DNA from: a virus
Taxonomy: Duplodnaviria; Caudoviricetes
IMG/VR virus record: IMGVR_UViG_3300023179_006747
Span: 112 to 64,111 of that record
Reading direction: 5' to 3' (one strand)
DNA length: 64,000 nt
Under the pieces are notes generated by a model. That model made no database searches. It had not been told where the DNA came from and saw only the letters and a list, made by a program, of their open reading frames with translations. Both the position numbers and the translations under genes were made by a program. Below are positions 38,206 through 47,211 of the stretch, piece by piece. Every line of letters begins with the position of its first letter. Position 1 is the stretch's first letter.

Positions 38206-40121
38206 TGGAACGAAAAAAGAAAGTTTTAATACAAACAGATTTTTCTTTAGCCAAAACTGGCTTTGGAAGAAACGCGAAAACTTTACTTAAATATTTATAT
38301 TCTACAAATAAATATGATTTAGTTCATTATTCATGTGGAATGACTTATGATCATCCAGATTTTAAGAAAACTCCATGGAAAACAGTAGGCTCTTTACCTA
38401 ATACTCAACAAGAATTAGATCAATTAAATAGAGATCCTAATTTGGCTAGAATGGCAAGTTATGGTGCACATCTTTTAGATAAAGTTATTAATGATGAAAA
38501 ACCAGATGTTTATATTGCTGTTCAAGATATTTGGGGAGTAGATTTTGCTATTGAAAAGCCTTGGTTTGATAAAATAGCATCTGTAATTTGGACCACATTA
38601 GATTCTCTTCCTATTCTTCAATCTGCTGTTACAAGTGCACCAAAAATTAAGAATTATTGGATTTGGAGTAATTTTGCTACAAAAGCTTTACATAAAATGG
38701 GATATGGCCACGTTAAGACCATGCATGGTTCGCTTGAGGATAAAGAGTTTTATCGCCTATCAGATTTTGATAGAAACCAACTTAGAAAAAAACACAATAT
38801 TCCACAAGATGCATTTATAATTGGATTCGTTTTCAGAAATCAATTAAGAAAAAGTGTTCCAAATTTATTACAAGGTTATGCTCTATGGAAAAAGAATAAT
38901 CCAGAAATTAAAAATACATATCTTCTTTTGCATACTCACTGGGGAGAAGGTTGGAATATTCATAAACTAGCTTCAGAATTTGGGGTAGATCATAATGAAA
39001 TATTAACAACTTATATTTGTAGAAATTGTGGAGAATACCAAATTAAAACATTTTCTGGTTTAGATGTAGATTGTAAATTTTGTGGAGTACAAAAAAGTCA
39101 GACTACAACAAATGTATCAGTTGGGGTAACAGAGCAACAATTAAATGAAATTTATAATTTTATGGATGTTTATTGTCATCCATTTACAAGTGGTGGACAA
39201 GAAATACCTATCCAAGAGGCCAAATTAACCGAATTAATTACTCTTGTAACAAATTACAGTTGTGGAGAAGAAATGTGCGAACCAGAAGCTAATTCACTAT
39301 CTTTAGAATGGAATGAATACAGAGAACATGGAACGGAATTTATCAAAGCCTCTACTTATCCAGAATCAATAGCTAAACAATTAAATATTGTATATAAAAT
39401 GCCACAGCATAAAAGACTTGAAATGGGTAGGAAAGCTAGAGAATGGACTATTAAAAATTTCGGTATTCAAAATGTAGGAAAATCTATAGAAGAGTTTATA
39501 GATAAACAACAATTAGTTGATTGGACTAAAGTATTAGAAAATTCTCAAGATAAGAAAGATCCATATTGTCAAATACCAAATATTGTAGATGATGGAGATT
39601 GGATATTATTTATGTATCATAATATTCTTAAAATGAAAAATATTGACAAAAATGACTCTGGATACTTATATTGGATGGGAGAACTTAGTAAGGGCGCAAA
39701 AAAACAAGACATAGAAAATTATTTTAGAAACGTAGCTTTAAAAGAAAATGAACAAGAAAAACAAATAAAATTTGAAGATCTTCTTGATAAAAAAGATAAA
39801 GGACGAGTAATCTATGTCATGCCAGAAAGTGCTGGAGATATTTTCTTAAGTACAGCCTTATTTAAATCTATTAAAAATAGATATCCAGATTATAGTTTGT
39901 ATGTTGCTACAAAACCACAGTACAAAGATATTTTAGAAGGTAATCCATATGTTCATAGATGGATTGAATATAACCCAATCATGGATAATCTAATTTGGCT
40001 AGAAGGAAATAGTCAACATGATGGATATTTTGATATCGCTTATTTACCATATACTTGCACTCAAAGAAACTTGAACTATCTCCACAATGGCTTAGATAAA
40101 GTAGAATTTCAATTAACTTAA
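38205..40121 (+). CDS. GT4-like glycosyltransferase with zinc-ribbon insert, fused to a GT9 N-terminal-like domain
   Basis: TGFG, FRNQLRK, CRNC..CKFC and SGGQEIPIQEAK motifs; C-terminal AGDIFLST..IK.RYP...ILEGNPYV. Confidence 0.8.
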   Translation: MERKKKVLIQTDFSLAKTGFGRNAKTLLKYLYSTNKYDLVHYSCGMTYDHPDFKKTPWKTVGSLPNTQQELDQLNRDPNLARMASYGAHLLDKVINDEKPDVYIAVQDIWGVDFAIEKPWFDKIASVIWTTLDSLPILQSAVTSAPKIKNYWIWSNFATKALHKMGYGHVKTMHGSLEDKEFYRLSDFDRNQLRKKHNIPQDAFIIGFVFRNQLRKSVPNLLQGYALWKKNNPEIKNTYLLLHTHWGEGWNIHKLASEFGVDHNEILTTYICRNCGEYQIKTFSGLDVDCKFCGVQKSQTTTNVSVGVTEQQLNEIYNFMDVYCHPFTSGGQEIPIQEAKLTELITLVTNYSCGEEMCEPEANSLSLEWNEYREHGTEFIKASTYPESIAKQLNIVYKMPQHKRLEMGRKAREWTIKNFGIQNVGKSIEEFIDKQQLVDWTKVLENSQDKKDPYCQIPNIVDDGDWILFMYHNILKMKNIDKNDSGYLYWMGELSKGAKKQDIENYFRNVALKENEQEKQIKFEDLLDKKDKGRVIYVMPESAGDIFLSTALFKSIKNRYPDYSLYVATKPQYKDILEGNPYVHRWIEYNPIMDNLIWLEGNSQHDGYFDIAYLPYTCTQRNLNYLHNGLDKVEFQLT

Positions 40122-40135
40122 TATATCATAAATAA

Positions 40136-41287
40136 ATGAGACTTTTAGATACATATGCTACAAATACAGGATCAAAAATAGATAAACCATTTATATATAC
40201 AAAATATTTTCCACTTCCATTAGAAAAATATATAACTATTCAAAACCAAACTCCTTATGATTCTAGAAATTATTCATACTGGCAAGAAGTTATAAATTTA
40301 ATACAACCTTTTTTATCAAAAGTTAATATTCATATTATTCAAGTTGGAACAAAAGATGAAAGAGCACTAGGTGGAGTAATTAACCTACTAGGTCAAACAA
40401 ATATAAATCAACTAGCTTATGTTATTCAGAATTCCAAATTGCATTTTGGCGCAGATAGTCTTTGTGTACATTTAGCTTCTAGTTTTGATATTCCTATTGT
40501 GTCATTGTATAGTATAAGTAATCCCAATGTTGCAGGACCACATTTTGGAAATAAAGACAAGCATATTCTATTAAAAGGATATGAAAGAATTGGAAATAAA
40601 AAACCATCCTATTCACAAGTAGAAAGCCCCAAATCTATTGATACTATTAAGCCAGAAGAAATTGCAGAAGGCATACTAAAACTATTAAATATTGAATTTC
40701 CAAAAATGCCAGAAACAGTATTTATTGGTCAAGATTTTAATGTTAAAAGTTTTGAAATTATACCAGATCAACCGCTAGATCTTGCTTCTATACCAGTTGA
40801 AAATCCAATTATTAGATTAGACTACTCTTTTAATGAAGAAGTTTTAGAGTCAATCTTATCACAAAGAAAGAGTATCATTTTTACCAATAAACCTATCAAA
40901 AAAGATATAATTGAAAAATATAAGCAAAATATTAACCAATTAATTTATATTATTGAAGAAAATAATAGCGTAAATTTTGTTAAACTATTGAAGAGTAATT
41001 CTATTAATTACGTTCTACTATCATTCCTACCAGAAGAAGTTTTAAATAAATTTAAAATTGATTATTTGGATTATAATTTAATAGTTAATAGAAAGCACAA
41101 GACTAAAGAAGAGACTAAAATATCAAATATTGATAATCTTTATTACAATTCCTCAAGAACACTATATTCTTCTAAAGGCAAAAGCGTTTCTAGGTATGAC
41201 TGGTTAAATGGAACTGGCAATAAAGTAGTAGATGATGTTGAATTTTGGAAAGAAGCTGATAATTTCTATATTTTTAAGTTGACTTAA
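40136..41287 (+). CDS. GT9 (heptosyltransferase-like) C-terminal-domain protein
   Basis: RNYSYWQEV, IIQVG, LHFGADSLCVHLASSFDIPIVSLY and IKPEEIA motifs. Confidence 0.75.
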   Translation: MRLLDTYATNTGSKIDKPFIYTKYFPLPLEKYITIQNQTPYDSRNYSYWQEVINLIQPFLSKVNIHIIQVGTKDERALGGVINLLGQTNINQLAYVIQNSKLHFGADSLCVHLASSFDIPIVSLYSISNPNVAGPHFGNKDKHILLKGYERIGNKKPSYSQVESPKSIDTIKPEEIAEGILKLLNIEFPKMPETVFIGQDFNVKSFEIIPDQPLDLASIPVENPIIRLDYSFNEEVLESILSQRKSIIFTNKPIKKDIIEKYKQNINQLIYIIEENNSVNFVKLLKSNSINYVLLSFLPEEVLNKFKIDYLDYNLIVNRKHKTKEETKISNIDNLYYNSSRTLYSSKGKSVSRYDWLNGTGNKVVDDVEFWKEADNFYIFKLT

Positions 41288-41313
41288 TATACAATCTGTA
41301 GTATCATTACTAA

Positions 41314-42138
41314 ATGAGCCCTAAAATCAAATCAGAAGAAAATACCATTTCAATTGGTAGTTCAGAGTTATTTAATGTTGTCAATAAAGGACTAGATATT
41401 CAAATCGAAAATACTGTCACTCCAACATCTCAAGTTACTCCTCCGAAACTAGTAACTAGAAATCAACATGGTCTTATTGAAGATCAAACTTTAAATTATG
41501 TATTTAATGATGATGGAACTATTAATTGGCGTAAAATGGTAAAAACTGAACATCTTGTACCAAATAGACAGAAGACTCAAGAAACAGATGTTTCAAAACT
41601 TCAAGATAAAGATTTGCTTATTCTTTTGGGTGGAATCAAGGAGCTTGCTCAAATCCGTGGATATACAAGTGTTGAGTATAAAGTAGTAGCAGCCTCTGAA
41701 AGTTATTTCGCAACAAGTTGTAAAATTACTTGGCTTCCAAATTATGAAACTGGTGGAAAAGAGATCGTGTTCGAGTCTCTTGCTGACGCAACTGTAAATA
41801 ATACAAAGAGTTTCGCTAGATTCTTTTTAGCTGCAATTGCAGAGAATAGAGCATTTGTTCGTTGTGTGCGTAATTTCTTAAAGATTAACATTGTTTCTCA
41901 AGAAGAACTTGGAGATGCAAAACTTCTTGATGATTCATCATCTGTAAATGAAAATCCAACATCTCCTCAATCGTTACTTGAAAAAGTCATGAAAGAGAAG
42001 GGTGTGAATTTTGATGCTCTTAAGAAAAGACTTATTAAAGAAAAATTTGAAAATGCAGAGAATCTAAATTCAATTACTGATATATCAAAAGTAAAAATAT
42101 TTGAATTAATTGATAGACTTAAAAAAGTAAAAGATTAA
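41314..42138 (+). CDS. Putative single-strand annealing protein (Rad52/Sak/ERF-like)
   Basis: GGIKELAQIRG and DA...N...AIAENRAFVRCVRNFL resemble the AETRA.xRAxR signature; replication context. Confidence 0.5.
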   Translation: MSPKIKSEENTISIGSSELFNVVNKGLDIQIENTVTPTSQVTPPKLVTRNQHGLIEDQTLNYVFNDDGTINWRKMVKTEHLVPNRQKTQETDVSKLQDKDLLILLGGIKELAQIRGYTSVEYKVVAASESYFATSCKITWLPNYETGGKEIVFESLADATVNNTKSFARFFLAAIAENRAFVRCVRNFLKINIVSQEELGDAKLLDDSSSVNENPTSPQSLLEKVMKEKGVNFDALKKRLIKEKFENAENLNSITDISKVKIFELIDRLKKVKD

Positions 42139-42431
42139 TAATCCTTATATTTGATTAGTTGATTTCTTACGAAATAAAGATTAATAAAAAATCCACAAAA
42201 AGCACTAAATAAGTTGCTAAAATAAGAATAAGTCAAAAAATCAAATGGATTAATAAAAAAACTAATAACTAAAGATATCCAAAAACTAGAACATTCATGG
42301 CAAAGTAAAGGCTTATGAATATATGGAATCTTAGCTATAAAATTACGAAAAGGTCTAGCTATTTCAGTATCGCTCCAAGCATAAGTTACTCCTAAACAAA
42401 GAAATAAATATATTAAAAATTGATAAAACAT
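42135..42431 (-). CDS. Small membrane protein (DUF1360-like)
   Basis: Three hydrophobic segments; LLCHECSSFW (CxxC.sfW). Confidence 0.6.
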   Translation of the reverse strand: MFYQFLIYLFLCLGVTYAWSDTEIARPFRNFIAKIPYIHKPLLCHECSSFWISLVISFFINPFDFLTYSYFSNLFSAFCGFFINLYFVRNQLIKYKDY

Positions 42432-42887
42432 TTAAATAAAATAAACAATGAGTTTATCTGATTTTTCTATAATCGAAAAAGATCTAAACATTACTCTTTC
42501 ATTTAAGAGTCTTTCTGCTAATCTTTTCCAATCTTCATCAGTTTTACCGATTTGAAAAACTCTTGCGGAATTCGCAGTAAATTGTTGAGCATTCATTGGA
42601 TTAGGTATAGGTTGTTGAGTAGATCTAATTTCTTGTTCTTTTTGAACTATTAAATTATTAATTTCTGGATTAGTTAATAATTCATTGAAGTAATTAGCAT
42701 CATTTTGTATTCTGCTTTGCAAAAATCCTCTTACTCTACCTTTACAAGAACAATTAGGGTTATCTCTAGAGCTAGTAAGATCACCTAAAATATCAGGAAA
42801 TTTATCTTTTATAGAATTGAAAAAAGTTTCATTTTTAAGAAAAGTACTAAAGAATACTGGTGAATTAAGTAGTTCTTGAAATGTCAT
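42432..42887 (-). CDS. Hypothetical protein
   Basis: NPNCSC motif; promoter TTGAAA-N17-TATAAT (42922-42894) 6 nt upstream. Confidence 0.65.
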   Translation of the reverse strand: MTFQELLNSPVFFSTFLKNETFFNSIKDKFPDILGDLTSSRDNPNCSCKGRVRGFLQSRIQNDANYFNELLTNPEINNLIVQKEQEIRSTQQPIPNPMNAQQFTANSARVFQIGKTDEDWKRLAERLLNERVMFRSFSIIEKSDKLIVYFI

Positions 42888-42928
42888 ATATTTATTATAA
42901 TTAATATAATAATATATTTCAATTAATT

Positions 42929-43735
42929 TTATACGCCACTTAAGATAAAAGTTTGTAAGGTAATATTTAATTTAGCGTCATCAGAAACACTATAATTCAA
43001 CTGAGTTTGATTAGTTATTAAATTGGATAGGTTAAATGATAGTAATGATTGGTTGGTATTATATTTCTTAAAAGAAAGATTTAAATTTTTTTGAGATATT
43101 CCTGTTAATATATTCGTCACTTTTTCTTGAGTATAATTACTTACAGAAAATGAAAAATTCAAAGATATAGAAATAGGATATTTTATAACAACACTTGTTG
43201 GCAAATAATTCCCAATAGTATAAACTCCTTCTCTTGGGACATCTATATTTATATTAAAAGAGTCTAATCTATTGTTATCTGCTTCTGTTAAATTTAAATC
43301 TACATAACAATTATCACCAATAGCAAAATCATTTAGTGTTTTTGGTTGATAAGTAAAAGTTCCATTTGTATTACCTAATTCTCCTAACACAAGACTTTTA
43401 ATGCTAACTTGAGGATAATCATTTAATTTATAATTTAAAGAATAATTTGTTAAATAACCACTAGAAAATGTAAAATAATTATTACCATACTCTATTCGGC
43501 CATTAAATGAACTAGAACCAGTATAGTTTATAAATTGATCGTTAGAACTTAATAAGTAATTTAAATCAATATTAGCTACAACTGGTTTTGCAACAAAGTA
43601 ATTTAAATTAGAATCATTGATTGCTATAGATGGATTTATATTATTATCATAGTTAATACCCAAACTTTGAACTCCATTAACCAAAGAATCATTTAGATAA
43701 AAGTTCTGATTTTCTATAGAATATACATTAAACAT
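42929..43735 (-). CDS. Tail-tube-like structural protein, paralog of the major tail protein
   Basis: SFNINIDVPREGVYTIG..YPISISLNF aligns by eye with SYNISFDLGRTPIQRLG..FPLTVNLSV of 60049-61212. Confidence 0.6.
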   Translation of the reverse strand: MFNVYSIENQNFYLNDSLVNGVQSLGINYDNNINPSIAINDSNLNYFVAKPVVANIDLNYLLSSNDQFINYTGSSSFNGRIEYGNNYFTFSSGYLTNYSLNYKLNDYPQVSIKSLVLGELGNTNGTFTYQPKTLNDFAIGDNCYVDLNLTEADNNRLDSFNINIDVPREGVYTIGNYLPTSVVIKYPISISLNFSFSVSNYTQEKVTNILTGISQKNLNLSFKKYNTNQSLLSFNLSNLITNQTQLNYSVSDDAKLNITLQTFILSGV

Positions 43736-43744
43736 TAACTATAA

Positions 43745-43765
43745 TTACACCACTTTTAAGTGTAA
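43745..43765. promoter_or_regulatory. Back-to-back GTGTAA putative late promoters
   Basis: TTACAC at 43745-43750 and GTGTAA at 43760-43765, each facing a structural gene. Confidence 0.65.
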
Positions 43766-43786
43766 AATATAGGAGGTAAAAGGTAT

Positions 43787-44335
43787 ATGGCTAGTATTTA
43801 TGACACCATTCCATCTTGGAGTTCTCTAAGTACTTATAATAAGTACGATATAGTGCTAGGTAGTGATAATAAATATTATTATTCAATTATAGATTCTAAT
43901 ATTGGTATAGGAAATAATCCCATAACGCCAGGGAATCTTCAAGTAGATTGGGATGGATATGTACTTTTAAATGGTAATTTAATACCTAATTTTTGGTGGA
44001 AACCATCATATAACGCAAGAATAGATTCTAAACCAAGAATTAAAACAATTCAATTTGGTAATGGATATCAACAAAGAATAAATGATGGATTAAATAGCAA
44101 TCTTGTAGAATTTACATTAAATTTTGACAATAGAAATGAAAAAGAAACTGTATCTATTTTGCACTTCTTGAGAACAAGAAATGGCCAAGAATCTTTTATC
44201 TATAATCTTCCAACAATATATTCTAAATCTGCAAATAATTTAAATACAGAATTTATTTGTCAAGAATGGGCGCCTTCTTATATATCTTATAATAATTACT
44301 CTATAGAAGCTAAGTTCATAGAAGTACCAGCTTAA
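43787..44335 (+). CDS. Minor tail protein (lambda gpM-like, distal tail)
   Basis: FGNGYQQRINDGLNSN, FL..RNGQESF and IEAKFIEV motifs. Confidence 0.85.
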   Translation: MASIYDTIPSWSSLSTYNKYDIVLGSDNKYYYSIIDSNIGIGNNPITPGNLQVDWDGYVLLNGNLIPNFWWKPSYNARIDSKPRIKTIQFGNGYQQRINDGLNSNLVEFTLNFDNRNEKETVSILHFLRTRNGQESFIYNLPTIYSKSANNLNTEFICQEWAPSYISYNNYSIEAKFIEVPA

Positions 44336-44339
44336 TATT

Positions 44340-45710
44340 ATGCCTACATCATCTGAAGTTTACAATTTAATAGTAAGCGGTACTCAGTCAATTAATACTG
44401 AATTAAGTTCTTTAACTCCATCAACACAAGTTATTTTATATGAAATTGATTTATCAGAAATTGCACCAACAATGATAAACTATAATTATAATGGTCAGCA
44501 ACCAATTAATAATGGAGTATTTAGAATTTATAATGATTACAATTTATTTAATAAAATTACTAATCAATATGGAACAATAAAATGGCAAAATAATTTTTAT
44601 TATCCATTTCCAATTTTTACCGAAGGATTTGAATATACATCAGCAGGCACTTTACCAACACCAAAATTTTCAATTTCAAATCTTTCCCCAGACTATTCAT
44701 CTAATTCATTTTATAGATATATTAGAATGCAGATGCAAAGTTTGGGAGATATAATTGGCGCAAAATTTACAAGAATAAAAACATTTTTAAAATATCTTGA
44801 TGGATCAAATTTTTCTCAGGGTTATAATCCATACAATTCAGTAACAGGATTATATGAAGTTGAACTTCCAAAAGATATTTATTATATAGATCGAAAAACA
44901 GTTGAAAATAAAAATATAATTGAATATCAATTAAATTCAATTTTAGATATAGAAAATTTAACTCTTCCAGGGAGAACAATTTTTGCTAAAAAATGCCCAT
45001 TTCAATATAGAGGAGAAGGATGTATTTATGAATATGATAGTAGATTAACATATTTACATAGTGGAATTTACGCAAATGTACCTAATTCTCCAATTAACGT
45101 GAGAGGACTTCAAACAGCACCGCCAGTTTCTACGGATAATGATCAATTATTTATTGGTGGAATTTTTTCTACTGGAGTAGTAGGAACGGCAGAAAATACA
45201 GCTATATTTAGAATTACTGGAGGGCTTGGAAATTCTGGAATATGGAGAGAAACTTCTGATTATGTTTCTGGAGATTTTGTTTATATTCAAAATAGAGGAT
45301 TAAAATTTTATTATGTATGTATAAATAATAATAATGCAAATCCATTTAATGCTCCGCCAAATACAACTTATTGGGCATCTGATTCATGCTCTAAAAGTTT
45401 AAATGCATGTAGATCAAGGTGGTTAAAAAATCCAGCATTTAGACCGATGATTTGGCCTACTGATCGAGGTGGAGAAACTTATACTCAAACAACAGGAAGA
45501 ATGTATTGGTTATATGCGACTGGAGAAAGAATAGGTTTATGGGTAACTGGAATAAATGGAGTACCTGCTTATTTTCCAAGAAGACCTGGAGCAGAAGATC
45601 CATCATCTACTAGAGCGCATGGTATTCCAAAAGATGCAAATGGAAATTATTTAAATGGATTCCTTCCATTTGGAGGATTTCCAGGAACGAGTCAACCAGG
45701 ACAATTATGA
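44340..45710 (+). CDS. Minor tail protein (lambda gpL-like)
   Basis: LYEID, GTLPTP, RIKTF.KYLD, YYIDRK, CPFQYRGEGC, DSCSKSLNAC..R and PFGGFPG motifs. Confidence 0.9.
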   Translation: MPTSSEVYNLIVSGTQSINTELSSLTPSTQVILYEIDLSEIAPTMINYNYNGQQPINNGVFRIYNDYNLFNKITNQYGTIKWQNNFYYPFPIFTEGFEYTSAGTLPTPKFSISNLSPDYSSNSFYRYIRMQMQSLGDIIGAKFTRIKTFLKYLDGSNFSQGYNPYNSVTGLYEVELPKDIYYIDRKTVENKNIIEYQLNSILDIENLTLPGRTIFAKKCPFQYRGEGCIYEYDSRLTYLHSGIYANVPNSPINVRGLQTAPPVSTDNDQLFIGGIFSTGVVGTAENTAIFRITGGLGNSGIWRETSDYVSGDFVYIQNRGLKFYYVCINNNNANPFNAPPNTTYWASDSCSKSLNACRSRWLKNPAFRPMIWPTDRGGETYTQTTGRMYWLYATGERIGLWVTGINGVPAYFPRRPGAEDPSSTRAHGIPKDANGNYLNGFLPFGGFPGTSQPGQL

Positions 45711-46426
45711 TAGATAAAAAAATAAAAAATTTTATCAAAAATCATTCTTTAAAAAATAATCCAAAAGAAAGTTGTGGCTTTATTGTTCAAGATAATGAAA
45801 TTTTTAAATGTATTCCTTGTGAAAATATAGCTGAAAATTCAATAGAAAATTTTAAAATTTCACCTAAAGAGTATTTAAATATTAAAAATAAATATAAAAA
45901 AATATTTTATATCTATCATAGTCATACAAATAATAATGAAAATTTTTCTCCAGCAGATATATCTTGTTCAGAAGGCCTTTGTTTGCCAATTATAATGTAT
46001 AGTTTAAATAGTAATATATTTAAAATTTATGAACCAATAAATATTAATAAATCTTATATTGGAAGATATTTTCAAATAGGAAAATATGATTGTTATACAT
46101 TAATTAAAGATTTTTTGAAAAATGAATTAAATATAGATATTTCAGCGATAATTACTGATTATACAGATTTTATTGATGCTCAAAATGTTTTTAATAAAAA
46201 TTTATCTTTAAATTTTTTAGAAAAAAAAGGATTTAAATTAATAGAAAATAAAGAATCTTTAGAAAAAAATGATATATTGATTTTACACAGTAATTTAGGT
46301 AAACATTTTGCTCTTTACCTTGGAAATGATAAAATATTACATCAACCAATGCTTAGTTTCTCAAAAATAGAAAATTATTGTAATTTTTATAAAAGGCATA
46401 CTGAATTAGTATACAGAAAGATTTAA
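45707..46426 (+). CDS. Tail assembly protein (lambda gpK-like, JAB plus NlpC/P60 domains)
   Basis: PKESCG, YHSH..S..D, DCYTL and HFALYLG..KILH motifs. Confidence 0.9.
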   Translation: MIDKKIKNFIKNHSLKNNPKESCGFIVQDNEIFKCIPCENIAENSIENFKISPKEYLNIKNKYKKIFYIYHSHTNNNENFSPADISCSEGLCLPIIMYSLNSNIFKIYEPININKSYIGRYFQIGKYDCYTLIKDFLKNELNIDISAIITDYTDFIDAQNVFNKNLSLNFLEKKGFKLIENKESLEKNDILILHSNLGKHFALYLGNDKILHQPMLSFSKIENYCNFYKRHTELVYRKI

Positions 46427-46427
46427 T

Positions 46428-47207
46428 ATGATAAGGGTAAATTTACATGGTAAATTGGGAGAGGATCTTGGCGAATCTTGGGAACTTGATGTCTCAACTG
46501 TATCTGAAGCGCTTCGAGCTATAGATATTAATACTAAACAATTAAGAAAATGGCTTATAGATTATAAAGATGAATATGAGTATGAAATTTTAGTTAATAA
46601 TAACAATCTTTTTACTGAAAATCCAAATTTTAAAACTATTCAAGATATTAAAAATTCAGAACTATTTTTAGACATAAAAGAAAAAATACAAACAATTGAT
46701 ATTGTTCCATCTATTATTGGATCTGGTGCTTTTTTAAAAATAGCTGTAGGTGCAGTTGCAGTTATAGGAGCAATCGCAGCAGTAGCTTTTACAGGTGGAT
46801 TAGCTTCTCCATTTGTTTTACCAGCACTTGCGGTTGCTGTAGCTGGTTTAGGATTAATCGCAGCAGGAACTAGTGAATTGCTGTCTAAACCACCACCAAG
46901 TGTTCCGTTTACAGCGCAACAAACTAATCCAATAGAAGGCCAAGGAGAAGCTGGAGGAGCAACATCCTATCTTTTTAATGGACCAGTAAATACAGTAGGC
47001 GAAGGTGGGCCAGTTCCAGTCGGATATGGACAACTTATTGTTGGAGGAAATAATGTTTTTAGTAGTTATGATATAATATATAGAGCTTATGTTTCTGATT
47101 TTACCACCGACACACTTCAAGCTTATTCTCAAGGCGATAGTCAATACATATTTAACAGCAGATGCTATTTAATAGATCAAAATCCATTAAATACTTTACC
47201 ATTTTAA
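46428..47207 (+). CDS. Tail assembly protein (lambda gpI-like)
   Basis: LHGKLG, EALRAI, hydrophobic Gly/Ala segment and SYLFNGPVNT..EGGPVPVGYG motif. Confidence 0.9.
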   Translation: MIRVNLHGKLGEDLGESWELDVSTVSEALRAIDINTKQLRKWLIDYKDEYEYEILVNNNNLFTENPNFKTIQDIKNSELFLDIKEKIQTIDIVPSIIGSGAFLKIAVGAVAVIGAIAAVAFTGGLASPFVLPALAVAVAGLGLIAAGTSELLSKPPPSVPFTAQQTNPIEGQGEAGGATSYLFNGPVNTVGEGGPVPVGYGQLIVGGNNVFSSYDIIYRAYVSDFTTDTLQAYSQGDSQYIFNSRCYLIDQNPLNTLPF

Positions 47208-47211
47208 TTTT

